DNA of 62,649 nt, filler included, from Globobulimina sp. (GCA_003354225.1; 34 parts of 34 records of this genome joined end to end with filler, not necessarily neighbours in it); one strand, 5' to 3'; shown: positions 39,096 through 53,123, counted from the whole stretch's first letter. The notes: generated by a model not told the origin, from the letters alone. Made by a program: numbers and translations.

Positions 39096-39882
39096 ATGTC
39101 GGTTGATTTGATGGTAATCACAATGTTATGATAATCATCAAATTAATTCTTTACTCCATTGACGTACATATGTATTGTCAGATAAGTTATTCGACACAAC
39201 TTTTGATTTTTGGGAAACGAATTGTATGGCTCTACATACGTTGGTATTCTTTCTAATAAGTTTATATCGATTCGTCACTTATTGTACGATGGTTAAAAGA
39301 AGCTAAAGTGGACGATTTTGAGGAGAAGTTTTTTCACAACATTAAAGTATTTATCTTTTCTCACTTCCTTTAATTGTTTTGACGCTATAATTCATTATCC
39401 ATATACGTTAAAATTAAACAAAACAATATCACACAGACAATGACTATTCTATATTATTTATAGTCATTGCCTAAAACATTGGTGCTTTCAATTATAACAG
39501 GCTCCTGTTGGAGATCTGCATCATCTTCAAAAAGATGATCATCTTCGTTCTCTATAACATTCATAGAACAAAATGTGAGTATTTGTATCATTTGAATGTT
39601 GTGTTGGTTTTTCAGATTTTTCTGTAGATACAGAAATACAAGTGCCCATTGCAAGAATTAAGAACACTGAAGTAATTCAAAAGAATTTGAGCTTTTATCA
39701 TTATTCTGATCGTTTATCATTTAAACATAAGAATAGCACCACATAATTTGAAAGTATCTTTATCAGCAATTAACAATTAAAGGATACATTTGATACAGCG
39801 ATAATTATGAGTAAGCAGTATGTACTCAGAATCGAGTTTGTATGTTGGAATTGTCCATAATTGTCGAATATAAACTAAAATA

Positions 39883-40512
39883 ATGTTAGGTTCAAAGAGT
39901 GTTCCGACTCTAAAAATTCCAGGATGGATTAAAACAGAATTGAACACAGGCATTGATCGCCAAATACGTGCAAAGGAAATAGGGAAACACCACAAAAGAG
40001 TGAGTGAGCAACGAGCAGACATTGATAATAAGCCACCACGGAATACAACGTATTATCAACAATTAAGGCAAAGATTGTTTACAATTCAACAACAACGGTT
40101 TACTAAAAAAACAGAACATGATAATCTCGAATTATTGCGACATTTAATCATATTATCGCAGGATGAGCCAAATTATAAAACGCATCCAAAGTCACAACAT
40201 TTAAAATTCACGCAAAGAATGAATAAATTAACGAGAACTCACAGAGAGAAACAAATTGAAGTCGAGAATAAAAAATTAAAAAATAGATTAAATTCAATCA
40301 AACCCTCAAAATCTTTAAAAGCAATAAATATGGCAAAGGATTTTAAGACACACCAAAAGTTACAAAAACAATTTTTATTTATCCATAATCACAAAAGAAA
40401 GCAGCCGGATGTTATCCAATATAAACGGCAGAAATTAACAAAGAAAGAACGTATACATTTCAGGACACCGCTAAACAGACCGCGGCCGATGAAAGCAAAC
40501 ACGTATAATTAT
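39883..40512 (+). CDS. CFAP97/Hemingway (KIAA1430-domain)-like ciliary protein, 3' partial
   Basis: HHKRV...IDNKPP, EHDNLELL, QIEVENKKLKNRLNSIKP. Confidence 0.65.
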
Positions 40513-40715
40513 NNNNNNNNNNNNNNNNNNNNNNNNNNNNNNNNNNNNNNNNNNNNTTAATTAATTAANNNNNNNNNNNNNNNNNNNNNNNNNNNNNNNN
40601 NNNNNNNNNNNNCATCATTGATATTTTCGGTATCACTTCCGACTTGCGACTCTGCCATGTTTAATTTTCTGATAATATCACAGCAAACTAAGTCAGTCTT
40701 ACTGAATGTTAGATA

Positions 40716-41348
40716 ATGGCGCAAGAAGCAGTAATTATAAAAAAACAACTTCCAAATAACAATAATTCTAATAATAACGAAATGTTTTTTGTTCAAAAAT
40801 TATTTGGCGGGGCATTTAAAATTTCTTTACCAAAACGATTTATTGATTTAAGTAATTTCCGATTAGTTCCTGACCATCAGGAAGTTTGGAGCGATGCTTA
40901 TACGGATCAAAGTATAATAATTGAATTAGTTGACAGAGTCAACGAACAAAAAGATGACAATGCGGTGAAATATCATTATAATGACATCGCAGAAACGAGT
41001 GATTCAATTGAAACGAAAATTGTGTCATATGGCATATTCTCATCAAACTCATTCGAAATTGCAAAAACATATCATTGTTCGTGGACATTTGGGACACAAA
41101 AAGTTAGCAAAGGAAGAGACAGCAATGATAAAGCAAATGTAATTGCATTGTATTTAATATTAATCCGATTAAAGGAATTCGACACAGATCTATTGATTAC
41201 ATTTAATGCCCCAATAAAAATACACCATCAAAGCCAGGCCAAATCAGCAAAACATGTGGTAAAACCACCACAGATTACAATGCAACTATTTCAAAAAATT
41301 GTGGCAACTTTCAACATAAAAGATTTAAGTATCTTTGGGCAACAATAA
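40716..41348 (+). CDS. MOG1: Ran guanine-nucleotide release factor Mog1
   Basis: LFGGA..LP.RFID.S.FR.VPDHQEV..DQSIIIEL; LIRL..TDLLITFN.P; complete ORF. Confidence 0.92.
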   Translation: MAQEAVIIKKQLPNNNNSNNNEMFFVQKLFGGAFKISLPKRFIDLSNFRLVPDHQEVWSDAYTDQSIIIELVDRVNEQKDDNAVKYHYNDIAETSDSIETKIVSYGIFSSNSFEIAKTYHCSWTFGTQKVSKGRDSNDKANVIALYLILIRLKEFDTDLLITFNAPIKIHHQSQAKSAKHVVKPPQITMQLFQKIVATFNIKDLSIFGQQ

Positions 41349-41515
41349 CAAACTATTCAGTACGTAAATACAGTGGCAGTGCAAGGAGAAAAGACTACTT
41401 TCTTATTTTTTTAAAAGAAAATAAATGGATATTTCTAAAAACCTAGCTAAAAACAGTTTTTTTTTATCCAATTATATAATACCTAGCATTTTTATATAAA
41501 AAAATTGAAAGAATT

Positions 41516-42357
41516 ATGACCCAAAATTGGTACAACACAAACAATCAATCCCAGGCCAAAGCATATAATAATTCCTCAGGCCAATGGCCAACGCCACAGA
41601 AACCAAACACATTACCAAACAACACCAGTCAGTCACAACAACTCTACAATAACTCCACTGGTGCTACTTTCCAAAATCCAGCACCAAAATGGCCACAACA
41701 AAATCAAATAAATCAATCATCGACATCACAAGCGTACGCATACCCATACAATTACACTAATTCACAGCAAACAAACACCACAGCAAATTGGAACAATCAA
41801 TACAACCAACAACAATATCCACAATATTACAACACAAACTATGCTGCAAATAGCAACCAATATTATGCCAACACACCCGGTCAAACCAACCAATATTACA
41901 ACCAATACAACCAATATAACTCCGCAAACGTTAATAAATTACCAGCAGCAAATACGTATACAAAACCATTGCCGCCTCCACCGTCAGTACCGCCGCCACC
42001 GTCACCTGTCGCAGATACGAGCCATACAGCAACGGCAACAGCAACAATTACTCCCTTACAGACTGCCACCAATATCTTGGACACGACCAAGGAACTAAAT
42101 ATCACCCAATTGAGTCACATAGTGAATGATAAATATTTTAATGATTCAGAGTCAGATTCGCAAGAATTATGTGTAGAAACATCGAGTTGTTACAGCGAAG
42201 GAAATGACCGCGAGGGCGATACCGATACCAATACGAATGTCACCACAAACACCAATGATATGAGCAAGGAAGAAATGGAGGAATATATTAAGAAACACAA
42301 CAAAGTGAAGAAGAAAAAAAAGAAAAGGAGAAAGAAACAGAGCTTCAAAGTAAGATT
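41516..42357 (+). CDS. Q/N/Y-rich prion-like and polyproline low-complexity protein N-terminus
   Basis: Composition of the ORF; basic KKKKKKRRKK tract. Confidence 0.7.
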
Positions 42358-42457
42358 NNNNNNNNNNNNNNNNNNNNNNNNNNNNNNNNNNNNNNNNNNN
42401 NTTAATTAATTAANNNNNNNNNNNNNNNNNNNNNNNNNNNNNNNNNNNNNNNNNNNN

Positions 42458-44202
42458 ATATCTCTTCTGTTTTCGGATAAAATGCTTCAACAATCATTTT
42501 TGGTTCGCTTTCTGATTCATATTTGTTACAAATCCGAATAAATGCAACTCGATTGCATGCATTTGAAGATACAATCAATAGACACAATTCATTAATGTAT
42601 TCAATATATTCTAATCTATGCTGCCTTTCATATCCATGCAATACATTATTCATAATATTATCTATAAAATCAATAATTTTCATATTTTGTGTATTTATTA
42701 AATATATATTTGATTGTGAACAGGCAATTAAATAATCTTTATTTGCAATTGATTTATTTTTATTTTTCTCCAATTCATTCTTTTCTTTAATATTTTGTTT
42801 CCTTTTCTCTATTTCATCCCATTCTTTCATCCATAAAACATATAATTCACTCGATGAAATATATAATTTATATAAATTTTGAAGTTTAATAAGCATTTCG
42901 TGTAATATGTCAGCTTGTAATTGCATTTCTTGATTAATATTTTCTTGTAAATCATCCATACATTGATTATAAATTAAATCTTTACACAAAACAATGAATT
43001 TATGTCTTATTTCACTTAATTGATTGCTTAATTTAATTGTTTGCGTTTCGAAATTTAAATCAATAAATGGCGACTTATCACCTCTTACAATCTCACAATT
43101 TAATTTCATTCCATGTTCCATTATATTTAAACATGAACCAATTGCTTTAAAATGAGATAAGTTTGTTAAAAATAATATATTTAATTCATTTATTTCTTTC
43201 TCTAAATCAACATCAATAAACTTAATAACATCACTATGTTGATATGGTATTTGCACCGCATCCAAATCACTGTCATCATCATTATCCATTTTAATATCTT
43301 GCAATGGTTTTTTCTCTTTTTCAATTCTCAATGTATTCACATGACATTCTATATTATCATTTCCATCATCATTATATGACACAATATCAAATAACAAACT
43401 GTCATTGTTATGTTCCTCCTCTTTTTCATGCATTATATCGTCAATCCCATCAATATCATCATAGCCAATCACAGCAACTGTGTCATGATCATCTATATCA
43501 TTATTGTTATTTTGATAATTTATAACCTGTCTAAAACCTTGTTGTGCTGCGGGTGGTGTCGTTTGTAACAAATCAATACTTTGAGGACATGCGTTAAATC
43601 CTTCCAACTCCATAATAGCTTGTGATATTTGCTGATGCACATTGGGCACAATCCCATCAGCCACAGCATCTATTTCTATATCATCTCCATCATCATCACT
43701 ATGCAATGCAGGCATTGAGTTATGTGTAGAAACCGATGACATATCATTATTATTCATTTGTTGAGCTACGTCGTCGTCTGCTGATAATTGACCAGAAGAG
43801 CTATCTTCGTCATCCATACCGCTTCCTTCCTCCACCTCTTTCTCTGTACATCCATCCTTTAACGCCATCAATTCTTGTAACAACGCATTAAATCTCATCT
43901 CAAAATCACCAGAAAGTTTCCTTTTCATCCCACCACATAAATTACTTAAATCAATCAAACAATCGAACCGTTTGCTGACAGCTTTAACGATATCCACCAT
44001 TCTGTCCACACTCCGTATTGTAAATGCTTTGGTTGTGTTGCTGAAATACGTCCGATACAATGATTTATTCAATCCCTCAATCTCTCCATTCCATATTTGT
44101 CTTTCCTTATAAAAATTAAATACATTATTCCTTAAAGCAACCATATAATCCACAGTAGAACCGTCCAAATATAAACAGGGCGCATTAATCCAACAAACAC
44201 TC
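42458..44202 (-). CDS. Large hypothetical protein fragment with possible CRT10-like beta-propeller C-terminal region
   Basis: Open across the contig; HRLEYIEYINELCLLIVSS..RVAFIRI recalls a CRT10 motif. Confidence 0.55.
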
Positions 44203-44419
44203 NNNNNNNNNNNNNNNNNNNNNNNNNNNNNNNNNNNNNNNNNNNNTTAATTAATTAANNNNNNNNNNNNNNNNNNNNNNNNNNNNNNNNNNNNNNNNNN
44301 NNGACTACGGTCGCTCAGAAAGCTTGCTTTCTTTACTATGGTGGTTACCAACCAACAAAATGCTTCTTCAACGCTCTTTAAACCATTGCGGAATTTGTTA
44401 ACATAATCACGATTTTAAA

Positions 44420-44478
44420 AATAAAATCAATGCTAGCAATAAAGCGCAACGATGTAGGTTTGAATCCTACCCGAGTCA
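44420..44478 (+). pseudogene. tRNA 3'-half remnant
   Basis: gtagg-tttgaat-cctac T-arm followed by ccgagtca. Confidence 0.4.
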
Positions 44479-45126
44479 CATCACAATATTCTTCTTTTTT
44501 TTCCCCTCATAGGAATTGTTTTGATTGGTTGTGATTACTTTTGTATCATATTAAAAGTATATTGTATTAGACTTGTTGTACGTGACTTGTTTCTCAAACA
44601 TTCGATTGTAACATCATATAAATGAGGTAATCGGTGCTATTAAATATTTGTGTTCAATTATTGTCACATTATGATTATGCCTGATCTCTCACCACAATCT
44701 CACAATTATTTACTTCGTAGTCTTTATTTTTTGCGGGTTTAATTTATTTGTATATTTTCAACGGTGATAATTAATACGGTCATTGGAGTGTGGACAGTAT
44801 GAAAACTAATATTAATGTTTACAGATTACAAAAGAATTGACATAAAGACACCAGTTCGATTCAGATACTGTGTTCTATTCTGGGTTGATAATTTTGAAAG
44901 GTGCAGTAATTGTGAGATTGTGATACAATCGAATGTTTATGGTAGAGTTACAATCGAATGTTTGAGAAACAAGTCACGTACAACCAACCAAAACAATTAC
45001 AGAGATAGAAAAAATAACACTTCTGGCAAGAATACTAAAATATTTTACTACTAATAATACTATTACTTTTTTCAAAAACATCAAAATTAAACTTTTATTT
45101 CAAACAATCCTACTCTTTCCGTCAAA

Positions 45127-46047
45127 ATGAAATCGTATTTGGCCTGGATTGGTGTCACAATTGTATTCTTATTGATTAAATACCAATATGTGTTGAACAG
45201 GTATTCAGCAGTATTGAATGACACTGAATTAGCAGATTCCTATGCAATTATAACCGGATCGAGTTCAGGAATAGGCGCTGAAATGGCATATCAATTTTGC
45301 AAGGCAAAGGCTAATGTGATTATCGCAGGAACAAATAAAGAGAAATTACAAAAAGTAGAAGATAAATGCAGAACATTGGGTGCAAAATCAATTAATTCTA
45401 TTGCCATATCACTTGAATCATTATCAAATTGCAATGATTTTGTAGACAAAGCATTATCCATTTTACAGTCAACACACAACGACAATAAAATTGAATTGGA
45501 TTATTTAATATTAAACCATGCCATAGTTCCAGCAATAGATTTCTTTATGCAACCAAATGCAACCTATAATCGTAATGATTTGAACGGTGTTTTGAAAGAA
45601 TCTGAGTTTTCATTCCATGTCAATGCCATGTCATATGTAAATATAGCAACGTTATTTTATAAGTATTTGGAGCAAAATGATGGCAGAATTGTAATATCAA
45701 ACAGTGCGGCCGGCAAAATATCTTTACCCAAAACAGCAGTTTATGCGTCGAGTAAGTTTGCATTGAATGGATTTTTTGAAGCTTGGAGAAAGGAAATAAC
45801 TGCCAACCTAAACTCCAATGTATCAATTACAATATGCATAATTGGATTGATTGATACTGCAAAAGCAAGGAAGAATATTGCTGCTTCAAACGTGAGGTTC
45901 CCGCCATTGTTGCATTTGTTGGTTCAAGAATTTGCAAACGTTACAATCACTGCCAGAGATATTATTGGCGGAGCACAGAAACGGTTAGAAACAGTATACA
46001 CGCCGTTTAGTGACATTTCAATAAATATGGCATTGAATCATTATGTG
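45127..46047 (+). CDS. Short-chain dehydrogenase/reductase, 11-beta-HSD1-like, 3' partial
   Basis: Signal anchor; TGSSSGIG, LILNHA, YASSKFALNGFF. Confidence 0.92.
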
Positions 46048-46175
46048 NNNNNNNNNNNNNNNNNNNNNNNNNNNNNNNNNNNNNNNNNNNNTTAATTAAT
46101 TAANNNNNNNNNNNNNNNNNNNNNNNNNNNNNNNNNNNNNNNNNNNNAACCTATAAAATTAAATCGTTTTTTTAA

Positions 46176-47601
46176 ATGCATGTTCAGAGAAAACGAGATA
46201 GGAAAAGAATGCCGAAATACAGAATCATCGATGCAGACAATAACTATTTCGATCTGACTAAAATATACCATCATGCCGTGTTTTTTGATCGTTTAAAACG
46301 AAATAAACAAACTACACAAAAACAACAACGTATATCACATGTCGAGAGAGCCGCATTGGAATTAAATGTCAGTGCAACTCCAATATCTCGGCGCAGAACA
46401 AAGAAACACAGACGTTCCTCCACTTTAAATCTGCACCACAAGTCATTTGCGACCCGCTTCGTCTCCGCATTTGCTGGTCATATGCCTGAAAATGGCAATG
46501 CTGCAAAGTTTAGACATCAACGATCAGTGTCACACGACACATTTATCGATCATAATCGTAATATATTGACTGCATTGGCAAAGGAGAGAAGTGATAATAT
46601 ATTGGATGATAAATTGAAAGAGTCAGAGAATACACATAAAGAACATTGTTGTTTGCATGAATTACCAGATTGGTACAGTCCATATACGCATATCTTAAAT
46701 GGATATCGTTTGAATTATTCGCCAAAACAAGCACTGCGATCTGCGATGGAATGGCACAACGAAACATGTAATATATGGACAGGTTTGCGATTTTTTTTGT
46801 GTTGGTTTTCATTTGTTTTGTGAGTGAATATTTTTTATAGAATGGATTCCGTGCATTTTGATATTGCTTTTATGCGTATATTGGATGGTAGAGATTGAGG
46901 AACTTTTTTCAATGCAAAAGTGGTCCACAAAACTAGTATTATGTACGTCCGGCTTTTTTGTGGTATTTCGATCATTTTTCAGTGGTTTTGCGCATTTAAT
47001 GCATTGCGTATCTTGTGAATATAGCAGAATATGGTGGAATATTGATTATATATCAATTTTGTTGTTCAGCGGCGGAGCAGCGATGATATGGATTCATTTT
47101 ATATTTTATTGTGATTCAAAGTTGCAGATAATGTTTTTATTCGCGTTGTTAGCATTTATGACGACCACTGTCTGTACCATAACCATTACAAACCAGCATA
47201 AATTGAGGGAGGTGTCATTGGTAATTACTATATTTTTTAATAATGTATTTATTTGGGGATATTTAGCAATTTCAATGTTATTAAAAACGAGTGATTTGCC
47301 ATGGCAATATGCGGTTTATTGGTTTATTTCGATCATTGTCGCGATGGTTGGTGCAATATTTCGAACTACTCAATATCCGGAAATATTTTTTGTAAAAAAC
47401 AATGTCAAACTAAAATTAAATAATCAATGCGAGGATAACAAAATTACACAAATATTAAGGGAATTATCAGTGAATAAATCGTGGTATTTTTATTGGTGCA
47501 CAAGTCATAATCTGTGGCATATATTTGTAAATGCAGTGACTGTCATTAATATTCTCATCTGGAAATCTTATCTAATGTGGAGAGCAAATAATCAATGTTA
47601 G
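46176..47601 (+). CDS. PAQR/adiponectin-receptor (HlyIII) family protein; intron 46783-46840
   Basis: GYR..WHNETCNIWT, SGFAH, IDY.SI, YPE, SHNLWHIFV; seven TM segments. Confidence 0.9.
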
Positions 47602-47992
47602 ATTGTTCACTCTATAAATCTTGACAGTGATCTTGTACTCGTTCTTAATCTTAAATGTTTTAAATTGTTTATATTTCTGCCAGATTGAGGGATTAATGAA
47701 TGGTGCATCTGGAAGTTTTGTCCATGTTGGTGTAGCAGCTGCGAGTGACGAAAATAACCACTGTACGTTATTTCGAAAGGTAAGTAAGTGAAGTAAGTAA
47801 GTTTGAAGTCACACTAAACGATATATTCCAAAAGATAACCCCCCCCCCTGGTCGATAAGTTGTATACATTTAATTCAATTATCTGAGAAACGNNNNNNNN
47901 NNNNNNNNNNNNNNNNNNNNNNNNNNNNNNNNNNNNTTAATTAATTAANNNNNNNNNNNNNNNNNNNNNNNNNNNNNNNNNNNNNNNNNNNN

Positions 47993-48250
47993 AAAACGAG
48001 CTCGTAATCATCAATGGACAGACATACCGGTGGATATTATCAAGAATTCGTTGGTGCAAACCTGTATATCCCCTACTTTTGTGCAAGGCGTACGGACCAT
48101 ATTACAGACCGACGGTGTTGGTGCTATCAAACCAAACGTGGCATTGTTTAATGTATTGGATTTTCCCACTATTTCTGTACCATTGAAAGGTGGGGGCAAT
48201 AATAACTTATCGCTATCCAAACAAAGCAGTAAAATAAATGTCTCTCTGTC
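47993..48250 (+). CDS. SLC12 cation-chloride cotransporter C-terminal fragment
   Basis: SPTFVQGVRTILQTDGVGAIKPNVALF matches the SLC12 G..L.Q..GLG.+KPN motif. Confidence 0.65.
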
Positions 48251-48521
48251 TCCACACTCTGTAAAAACACTTAAATCCACAACTGAGTTAGCCAGATATA
48301 TCAAGAAAAGAATTAATTCGATAAAACAGCGGTGTAAGAAAGGGAAAATCACACAAAAACAAGCCGAGATCGAGATTAATAAAATCGTTTCAATTAAATG
48401 CATAAAATGTGGCCATTGGGGTCATGTTATCAATGGATGTAAATGTGATGAACCGTCGTGTCTATGCTGCCATAAATCGCGACACATTCGGACTTTAAAT
48501 ATTTATGTATGCTCCGACTAA
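48251..48521 (+). CDS. CCHC zinc-knuckle fragment (gag-like), in frame with the SLC12 fragment
   Basis: CIKCGHWGHVINGC = CX2CX4HX4C. Confidence 0.5.
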
Positions 48522-48960
48522 TTCAATTTAGTAAAATTATTCGAGAATCTATTTAATATCATTACGAATTGGAATGACATTAATTTAGCAAATATTGATC
48601 ATTATAAATTAATTCATTGTCAGGTTACCGATGCTTTGGAGATATCGGAGTTATATATATATCCATTAAAACAACTTCACTTCACTTCACTTGCATGTTC
48701 TGCTTACTTTGTTTGAGAAACACTTTTTTAGTTATCAATCTAACGCTCCTCTTTCTGCTCACTACACCATCAAGATTTGTATTGCCGTATCTCGGCCATA
48801 CATTAAAATTAACATATCTTATCTATATAGTTTCATATCTCTACTTTCACAGTTCCTTTGTTATTTATAATATTTTTATTATTTCAACTTTCACCTTTGT
48901 GCAAAAGACAACTCTCTTTATAATTTATTTTTTATTAATCTTGTTTATTTTGTATATTTC

Positions 48961-49290
48961 ATGATGACTCAACGCCCTTCTATTATACCCGTTGATCCTG
49001 TCACTGGTAGGATATTAATACGACCCTTCTGTGAAGTTTGCAGTGCTGACTATCTTGGTGATATGCATACAAGTGACACCACATGGACCTGTACAGCATG
49101 TGATGAAACTTATTCCTTCCAATATCAACAACGCAATAAGAAAAAACAAAAACAAAACAAACAAAATGATACTCCAATAAGAACACAAAAACAGAGTTTA
49201 CAGCAACAAACAAACACAGAACGGCAACAAACAAACGTTGAACGGCAACAACAGACAAACACTGAACAAAAACAATCACATTCAACATTA
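48961..49290 (+). CDS. Zinc-ribbon + Q-rich protein N-terminus
   Basis: CEVC..CTAC followed by Q/T repeats. Confidence 0.45.
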
Positions 49291-49737
49291 TATCTCCGGA
49301 ATCATTTTTATTTTCAGATGGAATTGGTTGCTCCAAATCGTTTTCATCATTATCCGAATCTGTAAAGTATTCATCATCTTTAAGGAAGATATCATTACCA
49401 ATTTTGGCACTCAATGCCAATTTTTCATGTTTAATTTTATCTATGTATTCATTATCAAGTATTGCACCTTCAAGCATTATTTTCTTATACCATCGGCGGT
49501 TTGGAGAGCGTTTGGAGCCAGTTAGGAAAGCGAAGCCTTTACATACTGGACTAATATGGGAAATGATGCTACATTCTAATGGCAAATGGTAATAAGAATG
49601 CTGGCGTTTATCACTAATGAAACTAATGCAAGATTTACCATATCGGCGGATGATTTGTTGTGTGGCAAAGATTTGGCTTTGAAATCGAACGAGCAGCGCG
49701 CTTACAGGAACGGAGTCCGGCCGTCGAACGCGCGCGC
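49290..49737 (-). CDS. Hypothetical protein fragment converging on the previous ORF
   Basis: Open from the contig edge (..FQSQIFATQQIIRRYGK..KGFAFLTGSKRSP..); protein-like only to about 49290. Confidence 0.5.
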
Positions 49738-49837
49738 NNNNNNNNNNNNNNNNNNNNNNNNNNNNNNNNNNNNNNNNNNNNTTAATTAATTAANNNNNNN
49801 NNNNNNNNNNNNNNNNNNNNNNNNNNNNNNNNNNNNN

Positions 49838-50030
49838 TTTATATAATTTATACCGGTATACAAACCCATAAATTATATAAATTATATAAATTGTAGTTGT
49901 ATACATGATTTATAAGATTCATGATTTATACAATTTATATAATTTATGCAGGGATACCAACCTATAAATTGTAAAAATTATATAAATCATAGTTGTCTAC
50001 ATGATTTATAAGATTCATGATTTATGCCAA
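49838..50030 (+). repeat. AT-rich 96-bp tandem repeat, two copies (array cut by the contig edge)
   Basis: Units begin at 49838 and 49934 and share tacatgatttataagattcatgatttat. Confidence 0.85.
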
Positions 50031-50475
50031 ACATTACATTTTCAAGGCATACAGCAGAAAATATAGAAATTGTATAACTTATATAAATCATAGATTGTAT
50101 CAGTATTTTTTTTTTTATACAGACAGAAAGTTACAACTGTTAGTGCAAGGATGAATTAATTAAATTTATATATTTGGGTCGATAGCAGTGATTTCAAAAA
50201 TTTGAGATTTTTTTTATGAGTAGTACTACTTTTTTTTTTTTGGGAAATAGAGCAATAACTTTGCGCTCTCATTAAAATTAAATACGTCACACGACATTTA
50301 TCCAATATTTGTAAAACATTTATGTATGTCAAAAACAATAGAAACAAATATTTTTGATATACTAACACACAACAAACAAAAGTAAAAAAGATTAAAAGAA
50401 CTACATAAAATATTCTACAAAAATAATATCAATCAATAAAACATAAAAACAAAAAGCATGATAAAATAATTAAAT

Positions 50476-51582
50476 TTATTGTATTATAAAATGATTTTTC
50501 AATGATTTGATCATATTTTTCTTCATAAAAATTGAAAATTTTGCATAGAAATTATTCTTTTCAATCATAACGTCTTGTTTTAAGCGACTCGCTCTATAAT
50601 TAATTGCTGCATTACATATATTTTTAACTTTTGTGCTAATTCCGCCAAAACTGTCAAATGCCAAAGGCATAAATTTATAACCATTTAATAAGTCCGATTC
50701 GAATCTATTTCTATATATGTTATATTTATTTTTTTCTCCAATTTTTCCCGCCATAAAATGCGTAATTTTGTTTTTTTCTGTATTTAATTTATTTTCATCA
50801 CAAAAAACATCGGTAATAATGACGTCCAACATAATTTTGCTAAATTTATTTTTCTCATATTCAATACTGTTATGTATCCAGATGTCGGGTTTCTCGTTAT
50901 TTTGTCCTTTTTTTCTTGATTTCGTCTCATATGAGACATTGCCAAATTCAGTTTCAAATACTTTATATAAATGATATGCGATCTCATCATGTCTGAAATG
51001 GTGTGCTCTTATTCCAAATCGACATTTATTAATATGTTCGATTACATTTTCATGTTTGATACATTCGTGGCATTGGTTGCATTTAATTTGCTTACTTTTA
51101 TCAATAATTAAAAGTCCGAATAAAATCCGAATCAATAAATTCCAATCATTGTTATTAATAAACATCTCATTCAACCAATCAATCCCAATTATATTATTTA
51201 AAAACGCCATGGATTTATTCGACCTACGCGCATTCATCATAATTTTTGATTTAATACTTGCATTCTCAAAGATTTTGTGATATATTTTACTCTCAATTCC
51301 ATACGAAATACTATTCATTTTAAATTTGCTTTCAATGTCATATAATCCGTGATTTTCATATTCTTTCTCGTCATCAATATCCATTTTTGATTCGGTAATA
51401 TCAATTCGTAGGTTTGCCATTTTTAACATATTCTCAAATAAATTCTTGTCACACATACTTACATCGTCTGTGCGAGCGTTAATGTTCAGACTATCCAATC
51501 CGTGGAAGACGTCGTTTATTTCAATGTTAAATTTCTTTGTTGTATTGTAATTATTCCAATTAATTGCATTTTTTAAACTATT
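50476..51582 (-). mobile_element. Non-LTR retrotransposon, C-terminal restriction-like endonuclease (CRE/R2-type), 5' partial
   Basis: CxxC..H...C knuckle, RHD, KPD, LDV, EKNKY and FMPLAFDSFGG in canonical order. Confidence 0.88.
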
Positions 51583-51682
51583 NNNNNNNNNNNNNNNNNN
51601 NNNNNNNNNNNNNNNNNNNNNNNNNNTTAATTAATTAANNNNNNNNNNNNNNNNNNNNNNNNNNNNNNNNNNNNNNNNNNNN

Positions 51683-52658
51683 TTACAGTGTTTTTAGAGA
51701 TATATTTCCAATTTTGTTCTAAATATTCTTGACATGCATACTTGTGACGATTATCCCACGTTTCTTGTAGTGTAATAATATCTTTAGCATCTGCTTGTTC
51801 TTGCATCTGTTGAAATTCAGCTTTTGTATGCTTACAAATATTCCAAATGTTTTCATTATATTTAACCCAACTCTTTTTTTCAACGATATTTCTCGATTTA
51901 AGCTCTTTCCACCAGTCATGAAAATAATTTAAAGTATCAGATGCATTCGCTTTCATATTTTCCCAACACACATTGCAAACAAAAAAATTTGAATCATTCC
52001 ACAATGGTGAAGCAATCGTCATAATTTCATTCCACGGAACACATGCTAAAAATTCTTTGTCATATTTTAGCATTTCAACTGTACAGGAAGGACAAACTGT
52101 GTTTTCACTACATACAGTGCATACACAAATAGTTATTTCTCTACATCTGTAACAAATTTTTTTAGGTTTGTTTTTATTTTTACTTTTTCTTTCTGAAATG
52201 ATATGTCTTCCTGTTTCTTGATATACTTTTCTTCGTTTTGCATTGACTTCCTCTTTTTTTCCATCATAATTTAACCTTCGTTTAGCATTAAGTTTCTTTT
52301 TTTTTTCATCATAATTTACCCTTCGTTTCGCATTAAGTTCATCTTTTTTTTCATCATAATTTACCCTTTGTTTTGGATTGAGTTCATCTTTTTTTTCATC
52401 ATAATTTACCCTTCGTTTTACGTTAATTTCGTCTTTATTTTTTTTATATTTCTCCCTACGTTTTGCGTTAATTTCATCTCTACATTTTGCATTAAAACTT
52501 TCATTTGTTTTCAAATATTGTTCTTTGTTTCTGTCATTAATTGTTTTCTTGTTTTTGCCTCCGTAAATTTGTTGCTTTGATTGTTGTTTTGATTTTGATG
52601 ACATTGTTGGTGATGTTGAACATGAGGAGGATGTGTTTGATTGTTTTGATGATGACAT
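51683..52658 (-). CDS. Basic 15-aa-repeat + Cys-cluster protein, possibly a Helitron/viral-type N-terminus; 3' partial
   Basis: About six KKDELNAKRRVNYDE units (45-bp period); CYRC..CVCTVC..CPSC..CNVC. Confidence 0.6.
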
Positions 52659-53123
52659 TATGTTAATTTTGTGGATGTTAACACTAAATATTTATGCGAA
52701 TTTGCGTAACAAAAATAATAATAATTGTTAGTTGTTTTAAGTGCAAGGATATTTTTTAAGTTGTGGATTTATTACAGGAAGCATGCAGAAGAATGTGTTC
52801 AATTGCAGTTTTTTGAGGTTTTATTTGAAAAATTCATTTTTTCATCTTTTTAGTCAGTTCATAATGGCAATGTAATGTTGTGAAAATGAGTTGAAATACC
52901 TGTGTCTTTAGTGTTGGTGGTGAATGTTATAATTTAGTTATAATTTGTATTGTGTTGAGATGCTGTTGGGCTGAAGACTTGAGATGACGAAAGGATGGTG
53001 ATACGTTAAATGTCAGAAAATTAACTTTTTTTTGACTTACTTATGAATGAAACTCAAGATTATCATTGCGCTGGATATTTTAGTAACGTTATCATATTTT
53101 GCGATAGACACTGCGCTAGACAT

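Noticed and set aside
44303-44478. Intact intron-containing tRNA (gactacgg...ccgagtc)
   Set aside because: Bulged acceptor and no convincing D-arm or anticodon arm; kept only as a remnant
49404-49737. Tyrosine-recombinase (DIRS)-like RKAKPL segment on the plus strand
   Set aside because: No R-H-R-Y motifs, and the minus strand is the better coding frame
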